Assembly (NCBI GenBank): GCA_028534125.1
Contig: CM052816.1
Location: 10,418,001-10,482,000, forward strand
From: Lama glama
Taxonomy: Eukaryota
Length of the DNA: 64,000 bases
Direction of reading: 5' to 3'
Part shown: one piece after another, positions 52,290-64,000 of the stretch
Layout of the letters: each line of letters begins with the position of its first letter
Position numbering within the stretch: the stretch's first letter is position 1
Notes under the pieces: generated by a model
The model's database searches: none
Told to the model about the DNA's origin: nothing
What the model saw: the letters and a program-made list of their open reading frames with translations, nothing else
Program-made: the position numbers and the translations under genes

Positions 52290-52476
52290 GATTCCCAAAT
52301 GGGTCCGCCCATCAAAATCACACAAAGCACTGGTTTTAAAATGCAGATTCATGAGCCTCATCTGAATCAGACTCTGGAGGCTGGACCAAATAATCTGTAT
52401 TTTAATCAGCCCCCTGGGAATTTTGATGGAAACTGCCTGGTACCAGTCTGCAAGTCTTTATTTATGAACCACTGCT
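52290..52476. mobile_element. MER5-like hAT-Charlie MITE
   Basis: ttaaaatgcagattc...ctgaatcagactctgg...aatctgtattttaa...tgaaccactgct. Confidence 0.65.
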
Positions 52477-54949
52477 TTGTACCCTAAAAGCCACAGGAGT
52501 TCTAAGGTGGGAGAAATCTCTTCTTACTGTAGAAGATAAAAGAGCTTCAAGGAAGAACAGCTATTTTATCTGGGCCTTGCAGGAAGGGTAGGAGTTCAAC
52601 AGGTAACCAAGCAGAGGAGAACAGGGAGGATGTATTTACTGACTGAATCAAACCCTAGGGTGAAGAGGCTCTTAATAAATGTATGTCGATTATTTAATTT
52701 GATTTCAGTAGCCTTAAACCTCCCTTTCCACCTTAGCCTCCATCTCCATGAGTTTGAAGCAAATTCGTAATACTGTCTATAAATAATTAATAGCCCTCTG
52801 TTGCCTGTATCCCACATCTTAGGTCAAAGTTGATCATTAAACTAGTTGTCTATTATGTACATGCATGTAGAGGCACTGTCCAGGTATATAGTATATACAT
52901 TATCTTATTTAACTGTCACCAAAATGCCATGAGGTGGTAATATTATGGCTATATTGTGGATGAGTTATAGAGACCCACCAAAAAGGTTACATCTCTCAGG
53001 GGTGGAGCTTGGACTTGAAACTGACTTTATGTGGCTCCAAGTTGCTTGATTTTAATATTATGGAAGAGTGCTGGAAGTCTGCAGTACAATATTGTAGTTA
53101 TGGGCATGAAGTTCTGGGTTTGGGTTTTGGTTGCACTACTTACTAGCTCTGGACTTTAAACTGGGGAAGCTCTCTGAGTTTAAATCTCTTCCTTTGTAAC
53201 ACTGACTACATTTAGCACCTCTTCTAAGGTTATGATGAGGACTAGGTGAAATAAGGCATATCAAAAGTGCGTATCAGGTGTTTTAAGCAGAGTAAGAGCC
53301 CAATGAAAGTACCATTAGAACTGTTTTTTCTATTGTTACTAGATGAGTCACTTTGGTATCAGCCAAGAACAATGCTTTTGTTGCCAAAACATTAGGCAAA
53401 ATGATGTTGGGACATCACACAGGACAAAGAGTACCAAGAATACATCCTTTATGAAGGCAGACACTGGGTGCATCCTCTTCGTTATTGTACCTACATCGCC
53501 TGCAGTCATGCTGGGCGTGTAGCACATGCATAATAAATACTTTTTAAGTGGAGGAAGTACCATCACCAAAGTTTTACAGAATATGTATGGCTTTGGAGGA
53601 AAGATTTCAAAGATTTTTCTTCTCCGTGTTGATTTCCTAGCAAGTCATCATTTGTAATAGGTACCTCCTAAGAAATACGTTACCAACAACCTATTATCAA
53701 AAGGCTTCTTAATGAGCTTATCAATACAGAAGACTCCATTTGAATATTGACAACTTGAGGTCTCACTAAAGACCTTGGATTTACATCTAAAGCCCTCAAG
53801 GATTGACTTACTCATTCTTTGAGATCAGAAGTGTTGAAAACGGCTCCTTTTCCACCGCATCAACCTCACAACCAACGACTGTCCTAGGCAAGGACATGGA
53901 TGAAAACCTCCCCCCACAACAGGAACTGAACGGTAATTAACAGCAGGAGTCAGAGGATATTTGCTTTGTTAGCACTGGGTGATCTTCAAACAGAAGTAAA
54001 TGTGTCTCACTATGGCAACAGAAAGGTACCCACATTAAATTAGTCTTCCACGAACCTCATCATTCCTTCCATATACCTCCCACTGTCCCTTTGCCCATTT
54101 ATTTTTAAGAATGGACATTGCATGATTTGCTAAGAATAGAAGGACAGAAAAAAATGGAAACTCTGGTTAAAAATACGGTTCTTCTGGTGGATTTAGCAGA
54201 TTTTCATTGATGAGGTGAAGGTTTAGTCATCATGCTATTTTCCCAAGTGGAGGCAGTTACCAAGAAAAAGCTCACTTACACCTTTTTAAGAAAGTCACAG
54301 AAAAAAGGTAAAGAAGCTCCAGAAGCCATAGCAAGTCAAATCAACAAATATTTGTTGAGCACCTGCGTGCTCAGGACTGGGCTAGGCACTGATGGATAGA
54401 TAAACGGAGCTTGGGACTAAGTCACAGCCTCAGGAAACTGAGTATGACTCATGCAGCTGTATTCGTGAGAACACAAAACCGGGACTGTCAGATGCCCTAG
54501 CCTCGTTCTTGTTCTATTTTGTTCTAGTGTAGGTATCTTTGGACTCCAGTCTTCAATCTTTCCGGAATGAGATGGGTATAAATAAATAAATAGGCAAATA
54601 AGGAGACAAATGTTAGTAATTAAGTGTTACATTTGGTAGAGCAAGAGGCTCTGTGGGGTCTCAGGGAGGAGAGCAAATATTGCAGCATGATAATTTTGCA
54701 TCTTGGTTTTTAGTGAGGATTGAATGCTTTGATGAAAGATAAAAAAGATGATTTGAATCAGACAGAACTGCACTGGAATCCTAGCTGTCCCACTTACAAG
54801 ATAAGTAGAATTAGGAAGTTTACCGGACTTTTCTGAGCTTCAGTCTCTTGTTCATAGTGAAGATTGTTTTTTGCTAAAAAAAAAAAAATTAATATGCTTT
54901 TCTCATGAAAAATGAAAGGAAAACAAAACTAGCTAAAGATCACCATGAA

Positions 54950-56543
54950 TGAGTATTTTGATTAGTCTTCTGTCTCTTAGACATTTTTATTTTTATCAAA
55001 GTTAGGTGTCTGCATCTATCTACATTGATACACAATTTATCAGAGTTCTAAGAGGCTTTTTATCAAACACTGACATTAGTCCTATAATCCACTGACCTCA
55101 CTCTTCAATCTCTCCTGGCTAAGAAACGAACACTTTTACCTCTTTGAATTAATAAATTTGGTAGTTTCCACCATATCGTCTAAATAGTATAATCTTGTTT
55201 TTTCTTGTCAGTTTTAGGCATTCCTTACTAAATTTCCAAGATGGCAGGTGGGCATTTAGCTCACTGTCTTGGTCTTTTGGTCTTAACCCCAACATGGTCC
55301 CATATTTCTAACGTAGCTGTGTTGGATATAATAATTTCAGTTAGGTCAGTATTCAATATTTTATTACTATGAATTTGGAAATGGTATGCACACCTGACTT
55401 GTGTAGTGGACTATAATTAGTTTTCCTTTCTTGCACTTTTTATTTTTGCTTTTCTCTGGGGTTCATAATTGTCTTGTTGACATGTGCCTACTTTTCTGTA
55501 TCCATTTTCCTAATTCAATCCCAAGAACATTTTTCTAGTTGCCTAAGTTCCCTTTCCACCTTCAAGTGCATCAGTCATGTTGCCATCTTCCTGAAAATGT
55601 CTTTACCGGAGCCCTCTGACCTCATCCAGTCTGGACTGTTGATCCTTTCTGCTTCATGGCTGTCTCTCTGGGGTTCTCCCTCCCCACGGTTCTGGGGATT
55701 CCCTTCACTCCTCTTCAATGATGGAGTCCCTGTCTGCTGCACGTACTGTCTCCCTCTTTTTTGTTCTACTCTCTTGTTTTTTTGTGGCATGCATCCTACA
55801 ACAGCTTTTTAAGAAAGACTGCATGCTATTTTATTCTACTTTGTAAGAAAGATAGCATGCTATTCCATTCTACTGTCACTTAAGTGAAACTTTGGCTGAG
55901 TGTTGAATTCTAGGTTAGAAATTATTTTCCCTCAAAATTTTGAGGCCTGGCTCTCCTTAATTTCTAGCATTTTGTGTTACTATTAAGAAATCTAAAGCTA
56001 TTTGGATGCTAGACCCTCAGATGTAACAGTTCTCTTCTCTGGAACCTTGCAGGACTGTGTACTTACATTAAGTGTTTTGAAACTTCATGATTAGAAGGGC
56101 TTATTTTATTTGCTATGCTAAGTCCTTGACAGGCTCATTCAGTCTGGAAAAGTTCTGGACTTGTCTTTTTCCATTAAACTAAGTAGTGACTGTTTCCTCC
56201 CTTTTATTTTATTTTCTCTTCCTCTTTCCAAACCTCCTACTATTTAGAACCAGAACTCTTAGAGACTGACCTTTAAATTTTCATATATTTACCTTCTATT
56301 TTCTGTCTCTGTTTATTTGCTCATTATTCTGGGAAATTTCCTTAAATTTATCTCTAAACCATCTTTGGGGTTTTTCCACCCGTGCTTTAATTTTCTTTTC
56401 CTTACACCAATTTTTGGTCTCTGAATGTTGCTTTCTTGGTGTCCTTTTTTTCCATTCATAAAAATTTGGCTGCTATATAATAGATCTCTCTGATTAGTTT
56501 TCCTGAAGTTGTTTTTTCCCTGTTCATTTGCTTTAGGATCTGT
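54950..56543 (-). mobile_element. Old L1/HAL1-type fragment running into the gap
   Basis: ttggctgagtgttgaattctaggttagaaattattttccctcaaaattttgagg...tattaagaaatctaaagcta is antisense ORF1-like. Confidence 0.55.
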
Positions 56544-57043
56544 NNNNNNNNNNNNNNNNNNNNNNNNNNNNNNNNNNNNNNNNNNNNNNNNNNNNNNNNN
56601 NNNNNNNNNNNNNNNNNNNNNNNNNNNNNNNNNNNNNNNNNNNNNNNNNNNNNNNNNNNNNNNNNNNNNNNNNNNNNNNNNNNNNNNNNNNNNNNNNNNN
56701 NNNNNNNNNNNNNNNNNNNNNNNNNNNNNNNNNNNNNNNNNNNNNNNNNNNNNNNNNNNNNNNNNNNNNNNNNNNNNNNNNNNNNNNNNNNNNNNNNNNN
56801 NNNNNNNNNNNNNNNNNNNNNNNNNNNNNNNNNNNNNNNNNNNNNNNNNNNNNNNNNNNNNNNNNNNNNNNNNNNNNNNNNNNNNNNNNNNNNNNNNNNN
56901 NNNNNNNNNNNNNNNNNNNNNNNNNNNNNNNNNNNNNNNNNNNNNNNNNNNNNNNNNNNNNNNNNNNNNNNNNNNNNNNNNNNNNNNNNNNNNNNNNNNN
57001 NNNNNNNNNNNNNNNNNNNNNNNNNNNNNNNNNNNNNNNNNNN
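56544..57043. other. Assembly gap (500 N)
   Basis: Run of N. Confidence 1.
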
Positions 57044-57378
57044 CTTCCTCACAATTTGTGATGAGGGTCAAGAAAAGTGCCCCATTCTAAGAAGCCCTCC
57101 TGGAAGCACTGCTCTCTTCTTCCACCTGACATCCACCTGTCTCTCTGATTCAGTTTTAACTTTTCTGTGTTGACGGTTGCTTATAAACCTACCTCAAGGG
57201 TGCCATGAGTCACTAAATATGAGTATAAGCACGTTCTTAAATTTGAGGGGACGACATGATCTCCCTGGCTGAATGCATGAACTCTTTTTCTAAGGAAAAC
57301 TCTTTTTCTACAAACTAATCTTGGTATAAATAACAAGGTTCCTTAGAATTCTATTCATAGACCCCATGTTAACAATTC

Positions 57379-57519
57379 GGGGTTAAAGATAAAACTCAGT
57401 GGTAGAGTGTGTGCTTAGTATTCGTGAGGTTCTAGGTTCAATCTCCAGTACCTCCATTAAAATAAATAAACTTAGTAACCCTCCCCCACAAAAACAAAAA
57501 CAAAAACAAAAAAAGAGGA
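57379..57519 (+). mobile_element. Diverged tRNA-derived SINE (vic-1-like)
   Basis: ctcagtggtagagtgtgtgcttagtattcgtgaggttctaggttcaatctccagtacctcc with a (caaaaa)n tail; aacaatt on both flanks. Confidence 0.85.
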
Positions 57520-57789
57520 AACAATTTGATGTCTTCTAAGTGAAAGATGCTCTAAACCAGAATCCTAACAGAGAACCCTAAGTATAAGCCCCTTCCCAAA
57601 TCAAATGATCATCTAATAGCACTTTTGAACACTCTATATGAAGCAATGTGCTAGGTGTTTCACTTGAATTATTTCATATAATTCTTATTAGCCCCAAAAC
57701 AGAGTAAAACACTGAGACCTGAAGAGAGTAGGTAACTTGCTCAATGTCATAAAGCTACTAAAGGATGGAGTTGGCAATCAAACCAAGGG

Positions 57790-58213
57790 TATTGGTTAGG
57801 AATTGAGTGTCACTCCCAAAAGATACATAGAAGTCATAAGCCCTAGTACATTATGTAACTATTTGGGAATGATGCTGTTGCAGTTGTAATTAGTTAAGAT
57901 GCAATTACTTGAGTAAGGTAAGCTAGGCCTCTAAACCAGTAAGACTGGTGCCCTTGTATCAAGAGAGAAGTTTGCACAGACACAGAAGACCACGTGAAGA
58001 CAGAGATTGGAGTGATGCTGCCACAAGCCAAAGAATGCCTGGGGTACCAGGAGCTGGAAGCAGGGAGGGAGATCCTCCCCTAGAGGACCCAGAGGGAGCA
58101 TGGCCCTGCCAATGCCTTGACTTCAGATTCCTAACCTCCAGAACTGGGAAGATATCTCTTGTTTTAAGCTATCCAGTTTGTGGTACTTGTTACCACAGCC
58201 CTAGGAAACTAAT
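57790..58213 (+). mobile_element. MLT1B-like MaLR LTR
   Basis: cacgtgaagacagagattggagtgatgctgccacaagccaaagaatgcc...cagtttgtggtacttgttaccacagccctaggaaactaat. Confidence 0.85.
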
Positions 58214-58879
58214 TTGGAGTGTCTGATGCCAAAAACTAAACTTCCTGCTAGACACGTGCTTTCCACGTGTCAAAACCCAAGAATGGTTTGAGTGAGTGGC
58301 ATTTTTAAAAAATGTGATGAAATGTTAAAAGACAGGAGAAAGATGGGCTAATTCTAAATCCAACTACATATTCCAAGAACTTGACGAGTAGATGGAAGTG
58401 TCCTCCTACTGTTCAAGAAGGATGTTTGAGAAGATTGTCAAGGCAGGCAAAAAAGCAGTTTTTAAAATCCTCAAAGAGAGGGTCCTCTGATTCCTTGGGA
58501 TCTCCACTGGACCAAGCTCAGCATTCAGAGGAGGGAGATTAATAAGACGTACTTTTGCTGTGTGTTTTTTCTGTCCTTAATTGAATCTGCAGATGGTTGA
58601 CATTGCTTGCTGTCTGCACATTTTGAACAAAAATAAAATGATAGAGCCTGGCCTTCTAAGCATCCACTCCAGTAAGGATAGGGCAAAAGCTCTAGTATGT
58701 CCAGCAGTGATGTCTGGGCTAAGGACCCAGGAGTGGTCCTGACTTGAGCTGTTAGCTGACTACAGGGTTCCTCTTTGAAGGGAATAGAAGCTTTATCCTC
58801 CACCATCATGTAAGGGTAAATGCAGCCCCATGTGGCAAATGCCTATAAAGGTTGTGCTCTACAAGTCATCTCTGAGCAA

Positions 58880-59410
58880 GTCCACTCCTAGGTCTATATA
58901 CCAAAGAACTGACAGCAAGAACCCAAACAGGTGCTTGTACACCAGTGTTCACGCAGCATTATCCACCACAGCCCCAGGGTGGAAACAAGCTGTGTCCATC
59001 AATAAATGGATAAAAATGTGGTATATGTGTACAATGGAATAGTATACATCTATAAAAAGAATGAAGTTCTGACACATAGCACAGACGAATCTTGAAGACA
59101 CTGCTAAGTGACGTAATCCAGACTTGAAACAAAAAACACTACATGATAACACTTACATGAGGTGCCTGAAAGAGTCAAATTCACCAAGAAAGTAGAAAAC
59201 AGATACCAGGGGCTCGTGGGAGGGGGAACTGAGGAGTTATTGTTTAATTACTGTGCTACTATTTGGGATGATTTATAAGTTCTGGAAATGAATAGTGGTG
59301 ATAGTGGCACATGTCCGTGCACTTATTGCCACTTAATTGTACACTTAAAAATGTTTAAAATGATGACTTTTATATAACATATTTTTCTAAAGAAAATACT
59401 AAAAAAAAGA
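58880..59410 (+). mobile_element. L1MB-like 3' fragment
   Basis: ccactcctaggtctatataccaaaga, aatgtggtatatgtgtacaatggaata, aattgtacacttaaaaatg. Confidence 0.85.
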
Positions 59411-61519
59411 AAGTCACTTTTGAGCAAATGGTACAAAACTCTACAACTCATTCAAGTGACTTTATTTTTAATTAACAGTCATACTTTGGTTTATTTAGAT
59501 GGGATTAATCCTAACTGCTTTGAATATTTTGTTGCTATGGTGATGATTTAATGCTCCAAAATAAGGAACATTTTCTCTTTTTTTTTTTGCACCCAAATAT
59601 TTTTCAGGATTAAAAAGTTTTTAAACATCACAAAAATGCAACTGCAATCTAAGAGAACTTCAGTGTATTTTTAGCACTTAGGTATGTCTGGAACTGTATG
59701 TGTATTTAAATAAATTATAGTATGTTCAGGTTGTGTAGTATGTTCTGGTTGCACAGCCACTTAATTATACTTTCAAGAAATCAACAGATTTTTAAGAAAT
59801 CAGAAAAAATTAACATGATACAAGTGAAAGTGAGTCTGCAAAGTATATAATGCATCATCTCAAATATATCAAATGCCTTTTATGCACAAAGGATATAAAA
59901 GTGAACAAACAGACAAAAATTCCTGTCCTCATGGAATTTACTTTCTAGTTAGGGGAAGACACAATTAACAAAGCAATTAAGTCAATTAAAACCAGAAATA
60001 CAAAGAAAAATACAGTGGGTAAGAGAGAGGAGAGATTCCAGAATGAACATGAGGGTTTCCCATAGAAACGCCTCTAAATATTAGCAGGAGTTAGCTGGGG
60101 GTTGAGGCATTGTGGGTAATTTTTTCTTCCTGATTTTATTTTCCAAGCTTTCCATAACTCAGGTGTACTACTTTTACCATTACAAAACTTGCATTTAAAT
60201 ATACATTTCCTAAAAAGAGCTGCAATATAGTTCACCTACCTTTATATTAGAAACCCCCACAAAATGTTCACCATAGGAATATGGGACCATAATTTTCAGT
60301 GGAAATCCACTGAAGAGAGCAAGCAAGCCAATTCTAATTCCCAGTTAGGAACATCAGACTACAAGAGAAATTCTTTTTAATGCTTCAGTCAAGCCTTAGT
60401 TTAGGACATTTTTTCCTATGTCCTTGGTATGTTATATCCTGGACAGAAAATGAAGTCGTCAAAGTGGCAATGACTTTAATATTTTATAAAAGTAAGTCAA
60501 AATGATCCTACAAGATACCATACAATTAAATTGATCTAAAAAAGGTTGACGAGATGACCATGATGGTGAAACGGATCATGAAAGACATGGATGCAGGTCA
60601 TTGGAATTGTTGGCCTTGGAATCAGAATGAATAGAGGAAGACAAGCAAAGCTCAAGAGTAGTGCTGTACTGCGAAATTAACTCCAGAGAAGAAGAGGTGT
60701 TACATCCTGAACCCCTGACACTTCAGCAATAACGAGGCCTAAGGGAACGTGTGAGTTACAGCAGACGTGAAGATGAATGTCACTGAAGTGAAATGACTCA
60801 GCTCTCCGAGAGCAGGGTTCAGTGGTAGGCACGGGATGAGTGTCTGATGTATTCCTATTGAAAAGCAGTTCCCCTAGGTTTGTTTAATTTTATGAATTCA
60901 TTCTGGTTGGCCATCCTGGGAGGACTTCTGTAACTGAATTAAATGAGGCTCAGTTTATATCAAGATTTAGTATCTAGCCATGTGGCTATCTGATTTCAGG
61001 TCAGTGGTTTAATGTTCCTGTGCCTCAGTCCTGCCATGCTTAAACTGCAGACTGATCTGATGATAAAGTCCATTATGGTTGTTGATCTCTGCCGCCACAC
61101 CTAGTAAGAACCTTACATTTTCACATCACTTGCTTCCAAATTGAACTCCACAACATACTCAGTATCTGGATGGGAAGGTTGGGGTGAATGAGATCCCAGG
61201 AGACAGTGCCTGCTGGCCACCTACCAAACTGCCACCTGGGACAATGAGAGCCACCACCATGCTGCATCTGAGTATGTCATGGAGGTGCTCACCTCCAACC
61301 ATCCCCCACATCAGCACCCAGATCTCTGTTGTCAATGAAAGGGAGGGGCTGGGAAACTCATTTAGAAGCCTTCTCAGGCAGGGGGCAATGTGTGAGGCGA
61401 GGCTCCAAGCCCTTGGGGCTGGAGGGGAGGGGAGGCTGCCTGCACTGGTCTCATGTAGGTAAAGCCAGTGCTAGTTCCTGGTCACATGATTTCATAATTT
61501 CTTCCCTTTATGTTGGTTA

Positions 61520-62290
61520 ATTCGTATCAGCTTAGACTTGCTCTACTATCTCCTCTTCTAAAAAAAAAATTCCTCCCTTCATATCGTACTCAGCTTCAGC
61601 TCTTGGCTCATTTCTCTGCTTCTCTTTAGACCAGACTTTTTGAAACAGTTGTGTGTACTTACTGTGTCTACGTCCTCCCCGCCTTTACTCTCCTAATTTC
61701 CCAGAGTCTGGCTCTTGCCTCCACATCCCGTCTTGAGCTGTCTTTGTCAGTCTCACCTCTATCCTTCTGATTGCCTGGTCCCACAGAAATTTCTCACTTT
61801 ACTTAACCGTACAGAAGCATTCAACATAAATGACTACTTCCTCCTCCTTGAAATTGTCTTCTCTCTTAAATTTCAGGGCGAATGTTTTCCATTCCTCCTC
61901 CCTGGCTGTTCTGTCTTGATTTCCTTAGCTGATTGCTTTCCTCTGCCTGACTTCTAAATATTAGAGTTCGTCTCCTCCTCTGTTTTTACAGACTCTCCCA
62001 AGGCTGACTCATCAACCCCCATAAAATTAAAAACACCATCTTTAGATCTCTAACATAGACTTTTCCACTCATCTCTGGACTCACAGTCTCAGCCTCCTAC
62101 TTGATGTCACCATTTTATGCAAAGTCATTGGATGCATCCAAACAAGAACTCTTGACTAGGCTTAAACATGGTCCCAACCCCCAATTATTTTATATTGAAA
62201 ATACACGTTGAATAAACTCTCAGTTCTCCATCTCTATTCACTCTCTTAGCTCAGGTACCACCATCTTTCACCTCAAATGATTAAAACAGG
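61520..62290 (+). mobile_element. L2 fragment
   Basis: gaagcattcaacataaatgactacttcctcctccttgaaa, gcctcctacttgatgtcacc. Confidence 0.6.
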
Positions 62291-62788
62291 TCACCTCTTT
62301 TTTTCCTACCTCAGCTACATAAATGTCATCTACATCAGACTTATTAAAATTACCATTATATTTTGGGATTTTACAGTTCAGAAAATCCCATCCACCTAAA
62401 AAACAAAAAGCAAACAAAAACAAGGGGAGAAAAGGAAAACCAACACTGGGAACCTTTTACTTGCCAAGTAAGAGCATTAACACTGTGGTGGCGATGGTAT
62501 CAGTAGTAATAATACTCGTTGAGCAATTAGTATGTGCCAGACACTAGGCTAAATACTTGTTATGGATAATTTCTTTTAATTCCTACAAAAATAGTTGAGG
62601 TAGGTACTATTATTAGCCATCATTTATATATAAGAAAACTGGGGATCAGAGAGACAAATTACTTCTTGAAGTTCTCACTGTGGAAAAAAAATTCTGTTTA
62701 CACAGTCCTTAAATACTAGACACACAACAAGAAAGAAGGTGATCTTAGAATTAGAAATTTTACTGGCGTTAGCACTATAAGAAACTTA

Positions 62789-62912
62789 TGTCACGACATT
62801 GTGAAATGACTAACTCAATAAAAAAATGTTAAAAGATGGAATTTGACACAACATTGTAAAATGATTATAAATCAGTAAAAAATGTTAAGAAAAAAATGTT
62901 AAAAGAAAAAAA
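62789..62912 (+). mobile_element. Insertion made of two tandem L1 3' tips
   Basis: TSD aagaaactta at 62779-62788 and 62913-62922. Confidence 0.75.
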
Positions 62913-63707
62913 AAGAAACTTAGGACATTGCCCTCATTTTCCTCTTTTTACCATAGACTAAGAAAAACATTGCATCTGTCCACAGAGGGTGTCTAGAAGC
63001 CACTGACTGAACGTGTACCTCTGACACCATGATGTTAGTTAAGGTTGAAGGTCCACTCTAGAACATGGTGATCCACTGATGCAGAATTACTTAGCTGGCT
63101 CACTAGCCCTTTATCATCCCAAATGGGTGACAGCCAACGGTTGCCACTAATACATGTGGAGCTTGGCAGGGCCTTTAAGGATATATTTGAAACTTCTCCA
63201 GAGAAGGCCTCCAAGACCAATTGATGGCATCTGCCTGCATGGTCAGCACTTCCCTTTTATGAAACACGGTGCCCCAGGGAGTCTGGGATTTACTGACACT
63301 CATTATTGGTGCCAAGACCAAGCAGTGGGCATCAACAGCTTCTTTTACTGCTGCCTGGACCCCAATTCATGAATTTGCTCAGAAGTCAGAAATACACTAG
63401 CTATTTCTTTAGAACAAATCGTGAAGTAGAACAGTGGGGCAGGATGGGGGGATCAATACCCCCAGCCTCTCAGTTGACTAAATGCCCCCAAGAGGGAAAA
63501 AATTCTACATAATTACATTTCAAAAGAATTACCGGCTGTACCCGTTTAATGAAACCCAGTCTGTATGGTTAGCTAGTAACACATAATACAAAAATAATAC
63601 ATTTTATTCTCTAAAATGATTTATCAATCCAGGTACCTTAACTGACTCATTATGATGAACCAAGAGAGCAGGTGAAGACTGACTTCATTAAGCATCTACA
63701 GAGAACA

Positions 63708-63919
63708 TTTGCAGATACTAACTACTATATATAAAATAGACAACAAGTTCATACTGTATAGCACAGGGAACTGTATTCAATATCCAACTTATGGTGAAAA
63801 GGAATATGAAAACGAATATATGTATGTTCCTGTATGACTGAAGCACTGTGCTGTACACCAGAAATTGACACAACATTGTAAACTGACTATTCTTCAATAA
63901 AAATATTTAAAAAAAAAAA
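63708..63919 (+). mobile_element. Young 5'-truncated L1 3' end
   Basis: tactgtatagcacagggaactgtattcaatatc...gctgtacaccagaaattgacacaacattgtaaactgactat followed by poly-A; TSD catctaca(a)gagaaca. Confidence 0.9.
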
Positions 63920-64000
63920 CATCTACAAGAGAACAGATCGCAGTGTCCTTGCCAGTCCCTCACTCCCTTAAGGCTAGAGGGTTATGAACGAATACGTCAA

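Noticed and set aside
56313..57090. Longest ORFs in the track (193-252 aa)
   Set aside because: Mostly X residues from the 500-N gap.

Overview
Mammalian intronic DNA, most likely camelid (four tRNA-Ala-derived SINEs of the vic-1 type; I saw no ruminant Bov-tA/BovB or pig PRE-1 elements). The whole window lies inside the minus-strand serine/threonine kinase gene STK32A (YANK1). Three consecutive internal coding exons are present with canonical AG/GT sites and matching phases: 43307-43252 (56 nt), 42190-42039 (152 nt) and 17529-17356 (174 nt). Together they encode the region from the Gly-rich loop up to the H-R of the catalytic HRD motif. I could not find the start-codon exon or the downstream exons by eye. 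The rest is intron rich in L1, L2, MIR, MaLR/ERV LTRs, hAT/Tigger MITEs and microsatellites, with two assembly gaps. Nearly all supplied ORFs are spurious or L1 remnants. I found no support for a new multi-gene system. The most unusual structure is at 35.5-37.3 kb: a chimeric old-L1/young-L1 insertion with target-site duplications (TSDs) inside a MER67-like LTR, which itself lies in an apparent ~1.1 kb inversion splitting an MLT1D LTR. Repeat family names come from recalled consensus sequences rather than a search, and repeat boundaries are approximate unless a TSD is quoted.
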